Assembly: GCA_000091205.1 (NCBI GenBank)
Contig: AP006501.2
DNA: 64,000 bases
Source: Cyanidioschyzon merolae
Taxonomy: Eukaryota
Reading direction: 5' to 3' (one strand)
A program made the translations under genes and the position numbers. The notes below the pieces were generated by a model. That model was not told where the DNA came from. It did no database searches and saw nothing but the letters and a program-made list of their open reading frames with translations. Below are positions 42,247 to 52,728 of the stretch, in pieces (position 1 is the first letter of the stretch; the number at the start of each line of letters is the position of its first letter).

Positions 42247-42514
42247 TGAAACAAGCGAAGCCGTGTGGACAAAAACCCTCCTGGATAACGCTAGGGTAAA
42301 CTTTCAGCGGAACGATGCAGGCGCGAACGACTGCAAAGCAGTTGTCCGATATCACGTGGAAGCGTTGCCTATGATAGCCTCATCTATCCGGATCTGACTC
42401 GAACGATGTGCAAGCCTTGTTTCACCATCACACTTGAATAAACGTTGCAGCAAGTGTTTCATATGTGTCATCCAACTGAAGCACAATACCGTGCATTGCG
42501 CACGCGCTTGCATA

Positions 42515-43573
42515 CTAAGCGACTACACTCGAGGGTGGCGCAACCCCAGATGCGTCTCGTTCATCGTTCCGGGGCGCGCTTTCCACGTGCCAAGGCGCGT
42601 CAGTCGAGCTTCGCGATGGCGTAGCGCTCGAATTCACGAACGCATCCTCCGGAGCAAGCGCCGCTGCCTCTACAGAGGCCTGTTTCGGCGCTGGTTTCGC
42701 TATGATGAGCGCGGGACCAAGTCCAAAAGGCGCTAGCCGTTGAGCTCGTATGGTTTCAAGACAGCATTCATCACGCATCGCCTCCAGAAACTCATCTAAC
42801 GGTGGGAAGAGACGTGCGCTCCTTTGCAGATAGCAATATTCCCGAAGCCGCAGGGAAAAGAGCGCACCGAGCAAGGGTACACATGTTCGCAGAAAGAAGC
42901 GGGCGATAGGTGCTGCGATGCTGCGGCCGCGCGGTTCCGTAATTTCCAGCACCACCAGACGGCTAACAGGGTCAGTGGGGGTCGCTGTTGACGCCTCAGC
43001 TTTTTTTAGCACTCTCCAAACTTCACAGAGACCTTTCTTTCGATCTGCAAAGTTCCGAACTCCGAATCCAATAATGCAGACGTCAAATCTGTTCGTCCAT
43101 TCCTGCGGAAGTTCCTCGGCAACACCTTTCACGAGCAACACCTTATCGGATACCTGAGCTCTGGCGAGCTTCCTGCTCGCAATGTCGAGCATTCGGGAGC
43201 ACGGGTCAACCGCAACAACCTGCTTCACATAACTGCCGTATCTCTGAGCGATATCTATGGCGAGATCAGCGGTTCCCGTCGCCAGGTCAAGGACCTGGAG
43301 CTCTGCTCGCTCGGAGCTGGCTACAAGAAAAGGTTTCAGGGCAGCGTCTACTGCAGTTCGCTTCCAGCCCCTGTGGAGTCCAAGACTGATCACGTTGTTC
43401 ACAAAGTCATAACGCGGAGCAACAAGCTCAAACATCGCACCGGAGCCATCGCGAACGGTTTCCCTAGAGAGTCTTTGCCGCGCGGCCCGGCACTTGTCGT
43501 CCTGCAAACGGTAGAAGAGCACGGCGAGGAACGCTGCTAGGGCTACCTTGCGGCCCTCTGCCTCGTTCGGCAT
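42515..43573 (-). CDS. COQ5/UbiE-type C-methyltransferase (ubiquinone biosynthesis)
   Basis: Has the YDFVNNVISLGLHRGWKRTAV family signature and a SAM-binding motif (VLDLATGTADLAIDIA). Confidence 0.85.
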   Translation of the reverse strand: MPNEAEGRKVALAAFLAVLFYRLQDDKCRAARQRLSRETVRDGSGAMFELVAPRYDFVNNVISLGLHRGWKRTAVDAALKPFLVASSERAELQVLDLATGTADLAIDIAQRYGSYVKQVVAVDPCSRMLDIASRKLARAQVSDKVLLVKGVAEELPQEWTNRFDVCIIGFGVRNFADRKKGLCEVWRVLKKAEASTATPTDPVSRLVVLEITEPRGRSIAAPIARFFLRTCVPLLGALFSLRLREYCYLQRSARLFPPLDEFLEAMRDECCLETIRAQRLAPFGLGPALIIAKPAPKQASVEAAALAPEDAFVNSSATPSRSSTDAPWHVESAPRNDERDASGVAPPSSVVA

Positions 43574-44454
43574 ACGCAGCGTGTGTTCAAATAGCTCTTC
43601 TGCGGGACAACGCTATTCCCTAGTCGAGCGGTAAACACCGTTCACTGAGCCGAGTGCGTTAGCGATGCAACGCCTGCGCGGAGCGCTAGCACCGACGTAA
43701 CTGTTGTTGGCTACTGCGCTCAAGCGAGCTACCCCATGCGCAGTGACAATGCTTTGGATAACATCGACAACGCTTTTGTCGCTCGGATCCGGTTCCATTG
43801 TATGGAGCTTTCAGTTTTCCTCATTCGGCAGTCTCCACATCATGTCCCAGCAAACTGAATAGGCCTGGGCCGAGCTGCAGAGACCCATGCAGGGTCATGA
43901 AGCAGATACGGGGCGGGTGTTCTCAGGCGTCACACAGCAGCATCGAACAGCACCACATGGCCAGCTAAATTGGGTGCGAGCATACAGTTCCATGTGTCGA
44001 ACGAGGTCATAAAAAGCGGAGTTTAACGTAACTGGAGCCTCTTGCCCTGGTGCTCCGCTCCGATATCGCGTTGCCCGTGCAGGACTCTCGGAAGTGGACC
44101 CAAAGACCTCTGTCCATATGCGTGATTGCTTTTCCTGCGAAACTCCTTCGTGCGTCCCGGAGACGACGTGATGGCTGTAGCTGGCGAATGTTTTTCGTTC
44201 CAAGCACAGCGCTGTGCTGCTGTATGTTCTTCATGCAAACCTTGACCGTGAATCTCAACGAGACCGTTCATAAAAATGCAGGATGATGATCACGCTGATC
44301 ACTGTCCTGGAAAAAGATGCTTGCCACGAAACCAGAACAAGAGTGATTCCTGGTAAATGGACAAGAGCTCTCTGGACAATCTGTGGTGGAGGAAAAGAAC
44401 GCACTTTGTTTGATACATGCACAACTCGACACTGCATGGTGTTCAGTTATGCAT

Positions 44455-45300
44455 GATTCGCTTCTTCTAGTAGTCCAACGCAATCTTTTTCCGCCGGCGA
44501 TGCGGTGTCTACCACGAGATGGACATCACGTTGCAATGTACCGTATAGATCGTAGACGAGTTTCCTACAGTATATACTATGTACTGAGCATTGCAAGGAG
44601 GACGACACTCCTATTGAAGGTCGGTAGTACCACACAAGTCAGATGGTTGAGGAACACCGAAAGAAACGAGTACATGGGTTGCGCGTCAAAAACCGATATT
44701 CTCAAAGACTGCTTGGAGTCAATGGTAAAAAAGGACCCATTGATCATCATACGGAAAGAAAACGCAACGAGGCACACCACGGGCGTCTCTGTTTCTTTAC
44801 TGCTAGTTCGTGTGGTCGTGAAAACACGGAGGTACAGTCGCAAAAAATATTCTGTTTCACGCACGGCTATCTTGCACCGAAATCGCAACAACAGCGTTCC
44901 TGGAAAGTCACGATTGGTATGAAGCACAGGAACGTCGATTTGTTTCCCCAGTCGATGAGAGTTGCTCCGGATGAAACGATCGGAGCGCGAACGGGTATAC
45001 GCGGACATGGAGGCCCGCAGAATGTGCGGTCCAAGTCGAAGAGAGCGACGACATCATCTGTGCTGGCGGGAGTGGAGTCGTTTGGCGGCCTCAGTTTCGC
45101 TCGTACAGAAGGCTCATACATCGGCTCCAGCCACTTTGTCGAATCATTCAAGGCTTTTCCCTGACATCAGGCGACGTCCCTCTATTGGCCAACCTGGTAT
45201 TTCAGCATTCCCCTTGCAGTCCAGCTTTTGCCGATTCTATCAGGTTAGAGCTGCTTTTCATTTCTGCACACTCTCTGAGGTCCAAACGCATCCACGGAAT
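44455..45300 (+). mobile_element. Unclassified dispersed repeat (family R3), second copy
   Basis: Homologous at nt level to the reverse complement of 1..540. Overlapping ORFs 44383..44922 and 44643..45164 encode ...YMGCASKTDILKDCLESMVKKDPL... and ...HHGRLCFFTASSCGRENTEVQSQ..., which parallel the window-start copy. Confidence 0.55.
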
Positions 45301-45379
45301 GTTTTCTGTCGTGTAACGTAACGATCGCTCCACCGTGCGGATCGCTGAAATGTTCAGCCCACGGTGACACCAGGGCGAA

Positions 45380-45872
45380 TGTCGTCTCTATTTCGCAAGT
45401 CCAGTTTGCGCCGGAAGGGTTCTCTCCTAACGGCATGAACCAATGCGTTCATTTCCAAGAAATAAGGAATGAGCTGGGCTGTATACTCCAAAATGTCGAG
45501 ATGGAGGGAAGGTAGCCGACCGCTGCGGCGATAGAAAACCATGGAGAGCTGATAGAGCACCAAATGGCCCAGAGGGCGCGAATTCGCGGACTGCTTACAT
45601 TGACGAATTCAAGAACAGACAATAAACGCATGGAACTCTTGAACCGAGACTTTCAAGGCGCTATCAATATCAGACGATGTGCGGTGTTGAAGACAAGACC
45701 CGAGGATCTGACGCAATCCATTTTCTTGCGGGGCCAGCCTTTCAGGGTCGAAGTGTACAAGGAGAAGCTGAGACCGATCGCAGAGGGTCGGTCAAGAAAG
45801 GCTCGAAGGCGTGTCCAGGTGGGTAGCTATGTTTACCCTCCATGGCTGGGAAGCTTTTTTTTGTTGCAGTGA
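45380..45872 (+). mobile_element. Fanzor/TnpB-like 3' fragment (copy G)
   Basis: Encodes ...NELGCILQNVEMEGR... (zinc-finger region), then MAQRARIRGLLTLTNSRTDNKRMELLNRDFQGAINIRRCAVLKTRPEDL...GQPFRVEVYKEKLRPIAEGRSRKARRR. Confidence 0.6.
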
Positions 45873-45899
45873 ACGTCTTCTGTAGAACGCCAAGAAACG

Positions 45900-46087
45900 T
45901 CGCTCCGACACAAAGCGATCTAATACTACGCACGTACTCGAAGGGTGCTGATCGCAAGCAAAGCGTGGATCGCTACTCCCGTCTGTGCATGAAATGTGTA
46001 CGCGGTATCCGGAAGGCGCAAGACAGGAACTTTAACGCTGCCGTGAACGTCCTTCGATTGCTTGCAATCGATCTAAAGCGAACGTAA
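45900..46087 (+). mobile_element. Fragment of the second TnpB-like family (RYSRLCMKCVRGIRKAQDRNFNAAVNVLRL)
   Basis: Homologous to 17065..17436 (-). It directly abuts Fanzor-like copy G. Confidence 0.5.
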
Positions 46088-46700
46088 GAAGACAGTCGGC
46101 GTGAAATTCGGAGATAAACGAGAAGAGATGGAAGCATTCACAGATAACGGCCACAAAAGCTCGCGCGTTTATGACAACGGAAAGCGCCCCAAACTTTAGG
46201 ATTCGTGTCCGAGTTAATGGACATGTTCCATGTGATTCTGATACCGGTGAATAGACAGCGTAGGCAATCGTGAAATCGTTAGTAGGTATTTTGTGTGCCT
46301 CTCTCCATGCCATTTGCTGGAAAGTCGTTTTTTCCGTAACATCCGATGGAGTAATGTTTGGGCGGTTCTGTGGGCTCCGTCGTCGTCGCTGACGAAAATT
46401 TCAGTAACCACAGCAGATACCAAATCGTTCGGAAATAACTGGGTACTTAACAGTTCAGGCGGATGCGGTCCGTATCGCTGCGTGGTGCGCGCCCAGCTTT
46501 TGCCCGGTGTGGAACAGTGCTTTCTCTCCAGTGCCGCAGCGGCCGGGCGACTTGCGAGTCACGGCTGGTACGAACGAGAGTGGGTCACTCGACCAGCTAC
46601 TTCGGCAGACCAAAGCTTGGGTTGCCAAGCGTCGTTTCTGAACGTGTGTTTGTGCCACGAGACCCTGCTGCAAGAAACGCCCAAAGGCTCAGGTTGAAGA

Positions 46701-47855
46701 ATGGGAAAGACAGACTTGGAGCAAGTTGTACACGCAACTTACTACTTTCCTAGCCCAACGCCTAGTGGCCACAAGCTCTTTGGTCAGGCTTGGGTGCCAG
46801 AGAGCTGTCTTCTCGACCAAGAGAGGACTCGAGCGGAAATCGAGCGCTCGTTGGCGAAAGCGCCACCGGCTCAGAAGACTGCAAGCAGCAACAACGCAAA
46901 AGCTTCAGACTATGGGGACTTTGGGCGGACACTGTCCGTGGATGAGTTGAAGGTTTTGCGGCACGACCCGCGAAATGTTCGCGCTTATGTCCTTTTCCTC
47001 CACGGTTTGCACTCAAACTCGAGTTTTGGGACCATGGATCCAATTGCACGAGGCGAGCTCCACCGTAAGTACCAGGGCAGTGTCCCTCATCGACTGAACG
47101 AACACGGCATGGTGGTCTTCGCACACGACCACATGGGACACGGGCGCACGCTGACGGCTTCTGGCAAACACGACCATCGTGTCATTGATCGTTTCCAAAC
47201 CCTGGAACTGGACGCCCTTCAGCATATTGAACTGATTCGATCACTGGCGTCCTCTGATAGCGCTACTGAAGACAACGCAGCGATGCAAAACAAACCGCTC
47301 TTCATCATCGGAGAATCCATGGGCGGTCTCCTGGCTGTGTGTCTGGCGTTGCACCATCATGAGAAAGTGTTCCCCACGCGCGAGTCTACCGGCGGCCTGG
47401 TTTTGATCGCTCCAGCGGTGCTGCCTCCTAGTAACATGTTCGGCATTAAGGGGCGCATTTTATACCCACTTTCTGGACTTGTGTCGGCGCTTTTTCCTCG
47501 TCTCGACGCCGTCAAGATTCCAGGATGTGGTTTGTTTCCGGAGATTCAAAAAGAATTCGATTCAGATCCGTGGACAGGTCGAGGTATGCTGAAAGCGCGA
47601 CTGGGACGTGAGATCATCCAGGCACAGAAACAAGTTGAGAAACACATGAAGGAGCTGAAATGTCCTTTTCTGGTTCTTTATGGTACAGAAGATACCTTAA
47701 CCGATCCGCAAAAAGGAGCGGAACTGTTCCAGCAAGCCTCGAGCTCGGATAAGCAAACCATCATTCTCAGTGGTATGTGGCACATCCTGCTTTATGAGCC
47801 CCGCGCAGACGAGGCTCGGTCGGCAGTGTATTCCTGGATCTTTGCACGATGCTAA
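46701..47855 (+). CDS. Alpha/beta-hydrolase, monoacylglycerol lipase / lysophospholipase-like
   Basis: 384 aa. Has a YVLFLHGLHSNSSFG oxyanion-region motif, a nucleophile elbow (FIIGESMGGLLAV) and C-terminal ...GMWHILLYEP (catalytic His). Confidence 0.8.
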   Translation: MGKTDLEQVVHATYYFPSPTPSGHKLFGQAWVPESCLLDQERTRAEIERSLAKAPPAQKTASSNNAKASDYGDFGRTLSVDELKVLRHDPRNVRAYVLFLHGLHSNSSFGTMDPIARGELHRKYQGSVPHRLNEHGMVVFAHDHMGHGRTLTASGKHDHRVIDRFQTLELDALQHIELIRSLASSDSATEDNAAMQNKPLFIIGESMGGLLAVCLALHHHEKVFPTRESTGGLVLIAPAVLPPSNMFGIKGRILYPLSGLVSALFPRLDAVKIPGCGLFPEIQKEFDSDPWTGRGMLKARLGREIIQAQKQVEKHMKELKCPFLVLYGTEDTLTDPQKGAELFQQASSSDKQTIILSGMWHILLYEPRADEARSAVYSWIFARC

Positions 47856-48131
47856 TAACGCAAACACATTGCGGGCTCCGTGATCGAGAAAGTGTCGCGA
47901 ATATCTCCACGCTGCGACGTCTCGAGAAGCGCATCCAAATGCGTGACATCCATATGCTCCACGTATTTTTTTCCGGACCATAGATGTCACACTGGGCCTC
48001 GTTGTGAGCCCGATCATGTGCCGACATATGCAAACGAGCACGGGAGACAAGCCGCTTCGCACTCTGTAGCAGACGCTGGCCTGTGAACTGATGTATGCAA
48101 ATTCGCTCTTAAACACATTCCCGTAGGTCTC

Positions 48132-49355
48132 TCAAACGTCGACTCTTAAAATAACTTTCCCAATATTGCTGGATTTTTCCACGTAAGTGTGCGCGGCCTC
48201 CGACTCGCTCAATGGGAAGATCCCATTTGCATCGACGACCGGCAGCAGCACACCGCTGGCGAAGCGCGGGCTCGCAAATGTGGACCATTCTCGCACGAGG
48301 GCCTCGCGGTAGGCTAACGGTCGTGCACGTAACGTCGTTCCGACGAGACGAATATTTTTCCGGAGGATCTGGGAGAGATCCAGATTACCACGGGTACCGC
48401 CGAGGGTTCCGAAGAGGACCCATCTCCCGTGCCTTCTCAGTACCTGTGGATGAATCTCCACATACGATGATCCTACACAGTCGAGCACAATGTCGACCGA
48501 CTCAGGCCCACCGCAAAAGTCAACCAGCATTTCTACCGGCTGGGTGCGATACACCCATCCACGCGACGCTCCGAGCTGCATGCATGCCTGGACTTTTGCC
48601 TGAGAGCCCGCTGTCACGAGAACCTTCAATCCTAATTCGCGAGCTGTTTGTATGGCAGCGAGTCCAACACCACTCGCTCCCGCGTGAATGAGGACGGTCT
48701 CACCTGGAGATGCGTTTCCCAGACTCGGGTCAAATTTCAAAAGCTGGTACGCCGTCAGGAAGGCTTCGGCGATACCAGCACACGCTGCAACCCTATCAGG
48801 ACCTCGGCGCTCAAACTTTCCCAAGCTAGCATCGAAAGAAAGGTAATACTCTGGATATGGGTCCAGTTTGATAAGCGTAGCGCTGTCTGTCACCGCGTAG
48901 CTCGCATAGCCGCCGCCTTGGAGAAGAGCGATAACCTCGTCACCAGGGCGAAACGAGTCGACGTTGGAGGCCTCCACTTTTCCGAAAGCTTCAAGACCGA
49001 GGATTTCCGAAGCGCCCGGCGGTGGTGGATAGCGCCCGCGCTTCTGCAAAAGGTCTGCACGGTTGACCGCAGTTCCGAGGACCTTTAATAGAACTTGGTT
49101 CGGTCCTTTGAGCTCAGGCACAGGCACGCGCTGTAAACGAAGGACGGGGGCATCGGAACCTGCGCTCCCGTTCTCAGTTGTCGGCACAGCAGCTTGCATG
49201 ACGCGAGCACCCGCCGCAGTGGTCGACATTGCTCTCCCAACAGTCTTGTCAAATGACTTGTGAGCGGAACACGTACACCAGCTGGACGCGTACGCAGAGC
49301 TTCCGGTTGCAAGTCGTCCTGCGTAGAGTCTCAGAGGTGTCGCACTGCAGGACAT
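48132..49355 (-). CDS. NADPH:quinone oxidoreductase, PIG3/zeta-crystallin-like (MDR family)
   Basis: Has GTAVNRADLLQKRGRYPPPPG, which is characteristic of the TP53I3-like subfamily, and a Rossmann motif (HAGASGVGLAAIQTARELG). The probable true start is at ATG 49229 (MSTTAAG...). Confidence 0.8.
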   Translation of the reverse strand: MSCSATPLRLYAGRLATGSSAYASSWCTCSAHKSFDKTVGRAMSTTAAGARVMQAAVPTTENGSAGSDAPVLRLQRVPVPELKGPNQVLLKVLGTAVNRADLLQKRGRYPPPPGASEILGLEAFGKVEASNVDSFRPGDEVIALLQGGGYASYAVTDSATLIKLDPYPEYYLSFDASLGKFERRGPDRVAACAGIAEAFLTAYQLLKFDPSLGNASPGETVLIHAGASGVGLAAIQTARELGLKVLVTAGSQAKVQACMQLGASRGWVYRTQPVEMLVDFCGGPESVDIVLDCVGSSYVEIHPQVLRRHGRWVLFGTLGGTRGNLDLSQILRKNIRLVGTTLRARPLAYREALVREWSTFASPRFASGVLLPVVDANGIFPLSESEAAHTYVEKSSNIGKVILRVDV

Positions 49356-49957
49356 ACAAGACTGCGATCTGGACGCGTTGCGATGTTGTGCCTAACCAGC
49401 ACCAGCTGCACCGCCCTCTGAACTGTACCGTCGGTAAGGCACGTTGCACTGCTCGCGAACGTGTTACCCAGCTGGCTATGCTTTGGACTCTTTTGGACCG
49501 TGATTTTCGTCTGGGCACCGGTTTCGAGCGCAACCGCGTGATCACCTTTTTGAAGTACGCTGCAGGTAGATGATCTTTACCCAGCTCCTACGAGCGAACG
49601 ACAGGAAAAACCTCTGGGGTAGTCGCGCAGCTTGACGCCGTGTTGCAGAGACCAGACAGGGTGAACAAGTCGCAGCGACGAAAGCCCGAGTACCGTAGTT
49701 GTCAGTCGCCGTTTCTGTCCGAGAGAGGCATGGACATTCGTTTGGAAAGCAGGGAACGACTCTGTGGCCTTCGAGAACACGCCGGCGGCTTTCCGCTGGA
49801 GGAACCAAAACGAGGCCGCTTCGACGGGCCAGGGAAATCCGGGCTCAAACGCGTCTCGGAAAGATCCAGCTCTTACGCCGTCGATGTGGCTAGAGAAATG
49901 AATAGCGAACAGCAGGAAATTGATGAATAGGTTTAGGTCCTGGGTGATGGCCTCATG

Positions 49958-50602
49958 CTAACCATCCGCATCCATATCGGGGTTCAAGGCCCAGCTCTGA
50001 TAGTTCAGCGCCGCCGCAATAGTGGCCCATACCTGCGTCGGTGCTAAGAGTGCGGCTGCGGTTGGATTAACAGTCCAGTACATGCCTATGCTTCCAGCCA
50101 GTGTCGCATAGAAACCTCCCATAGCGTACAACGACTTGCGAATCTTGTGTTTCCCAAAAAACAAGTGATTCCATAGCGTCCCCAAACTGATATGGATGAC
50201 ATATAGACCAGTTGCAGTCAATCTTTTGAGTAACGATACATCCTCGCTTGTCCAGACGAGGTAAAGTGCTCCCGTCTGCAGCGCCTTGAGTGGAATCCAC
50301 ACTGCCGGAAATACCCAGTTCGGCGGGTGAAACCACGGCTTGCGCAGCGATCGGTACCAGGGATCCGTTGCCGGTGACGCAACCTCGTTCATTGTACCGT
50401 TCCCTTGGGTAGATTTGCCTTCAGCTTTCTGTCCACCTCGGCGGTACATGACCAGGTTATCGAGGACAGAGGTACTGGACACAACAGCGGCTGCTGCTAC
50501 GGCGTACAGAAACTTCTCCTTCGACGACAGGATGCCCGCAAGTCCATTGGATCCTTGCTCACTGGCAAACCAGCTCGACCACTTTTCACGCAAAGCTTCC
50601 AT
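49958..50602 (-). CDS. TspO/MBR-family translocator protein
   Basis: Trp-rich TM protein. WYRSLRKPWFHPPNWVFPAVWIPLKALQTGALYLVW matches the TspO consensus (W...L.KP.W.PP...F..VW..LY). Confidence 0.8.
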   Translation of the reverse strand: MEALREKWSSWFASEQGSNGLAGILSSKEKFLYAVAAAAVVSSTSVLDNLVMYRRGGQKAEGKSTQGNGTMNEVASPATDPWYRSLRKPWFHPPNWVFPAVWIPLKALQTGALYLVWTSEDVSLLKRLTATGLYVIHISLGTLWNHLFFGKHKIRKSLYAMGGFYATLAGSIGMYWTVNPTAAALLAPTQVWATIAAALNYQSWALNPDMDADG

Positions 50603-50866
50603 GTCGAAGCTGTGACGGCTCTGGTAAAAACTGCGTAACCTGAGGTCGTGAAACCTTCCGTTGTGAGCGCCAGCGAATGAATCGAAGCCAAGCGTGCAGA
50701 CGATGAGGCCTGCGCCGCCTCATCGGCAGCGGATCCCGTGTACCGCGCTTCGCGACAATGTACAATATATGAAAGAATGGTCTACTTTTGTCGTAAATTT
50801 TTGCTGCCGACGGCCGCCGATACCCTGCCCGGTGACGCGCCGCAGTGGGCTGAATTCTGTGCGAGC

Positions 50867-50868
<2 letters not shown>

Positions 50869-50901
<33 letters not shown>
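50869..50901. repeat. (GCC)11 microsatellite
   Basis: Direct read. Confidence 0.9.
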
Positions 50902-50902
<1 letters not shown>

Positions 50903-52728
50903 ACACAGGCGTCGACTCAGAGCACCCGGATGCGCGATCGTCGCAGGCAGGCGCGTCCAGCGCACAGTCATACCTGTTCGAATATGAATGCGTACGACAA
51001 GCTCCAGACCTGTCATTCTTTGAAGCGTAAAGAGGTTATTCGTCGATGACGTTGGTGCCGATGTTGTTGCGGATACCTCTGTTGGAGCTGGATGCACCGC
51101 TTCGGACGAGGTACGGAATCAGAATCGCCGTGCAGTGTCGATGTGGGGTGTCGGCTCAATGTATCTCGATGTGGCATGCATCTCCGGCAGGCGTCCGTTG
51201 ACGAGCCACCTTCATTCAGGCTGCGGCGAACTGCGGCTCTCGCGAATCCAATTTGATATCGACGGGCGTCGAGGCAACATGCCATGCTGTTCGTGTGGAC
51301 GGCTGCCTGCGTCTGTTACCGGAGTGCACGGGTACCATTGTCCATACGCATTTTGCGAATGCGAGGTTAGATCAAGTGCATTCGACGTGAGTGATGTATG
51401 TCAGCCACGAGAAACATGCGAAATGAAATAGCGGTCCGTTCATGGAATGCAAACATCATCGTCGATTCTCGTCTGCGCATATGGAGAAGAGTCGTCCCAA
51501 CAACACTGCACTAGCGCAATCAAGTGCCGCTCTGGGGAGTTTTCGTATTTAGTGAGTAAGCCGCATTCGATTACCTGGTTGCTAGCCAGGAAGTACTGCC
51601 TGAACCAGTGGTGTTGTCGTGACGGACGCGCAGCACGAGACCAGGGTCCTCGATACTGGCAACGCTACGTACTCGAAACGGCATGGCTGACCCCCAAAGC
51701 TCGAATGGAATCGAGACGTTGCCAGAATGGTCCATAAGGTAGATTTACCAATGCGTACGAGCGGGAAAAGAGGCTTTTCTAGCTGTAAACTTCGGCTATT
51801 TATCCCGCATGCCCGCTGTGTTCACGTCAGGAATGTACACAAACATGTTCGCAAACTACAGCTTACATCGTAGTGAAACTTCTTGCTGGCGGACCCTGCG
51901 TGAAGTGACGCTGCGAAACGCTGATAGCGAGAAACCGGCGACCGCGACATGGCATGTTCAGGTTTTACCCCAGTGAACCAGGCTACCATCACACCAGGGC
52001 GGCCACGGAGTGCACTCGTCTCCAAATGCTTCAGCATGGTCGTCTGCAACGCTATTGTTCGTGTACATATTGCATAGGGCAACCTGTCCAAGTAGCTGGA
52101 AAGCGGTGATTCTGAGCACAGGACCAAACCTCGCACCTTCTCGGACTTTATTATCGGAAGACACACAAACACCAGTTGTGGACGAAGGTTGCTCAGCGCC
52201 GGCTTGCAACGCATGCGCTGCTTGTTCCTGACGCCGCCTGTGGTACTATGCTGCCGCTTCTGGGCCACAGATTCCCGCCACGATCTGGACGCGTGCATGC
52301 TCCATTCTCTCGAGCGCAATCCAACAGGTTCGCAACCGGTTCCACTAATCAAGCCACTTACTTTCCCATATTCGTACATGTACGTTGCTCATTTCAACTT
52401 AATGCGGTACGCTCTCTTCCAGCTTCTTCGTGCACGCTGCAGTCTCCTCCTCCGAAGATACGGGAGATCACCCGCCTGCGTATTTTTTTTTCGAATCCAG
52501 CACGCCCTTGGATTTTGTAGTCTTTCGATTCCACAGTGCGCCCCTCTGTATTGTAGAGTTTTCTCTAACACAGCGCACGCTCTTGGATTTCGCGGTCTTC
52601 ATATAAGGCAATGGATTACCCGGCATGATGCTTTTTTCATCTAAAGCAGTGCATGCTGTTCCGCTGGTCCGATCATCACGTACAACGCACGCTGGTGCCT
52701 CGCCATCCGTGCAGCAGGAGGCAGCGCA

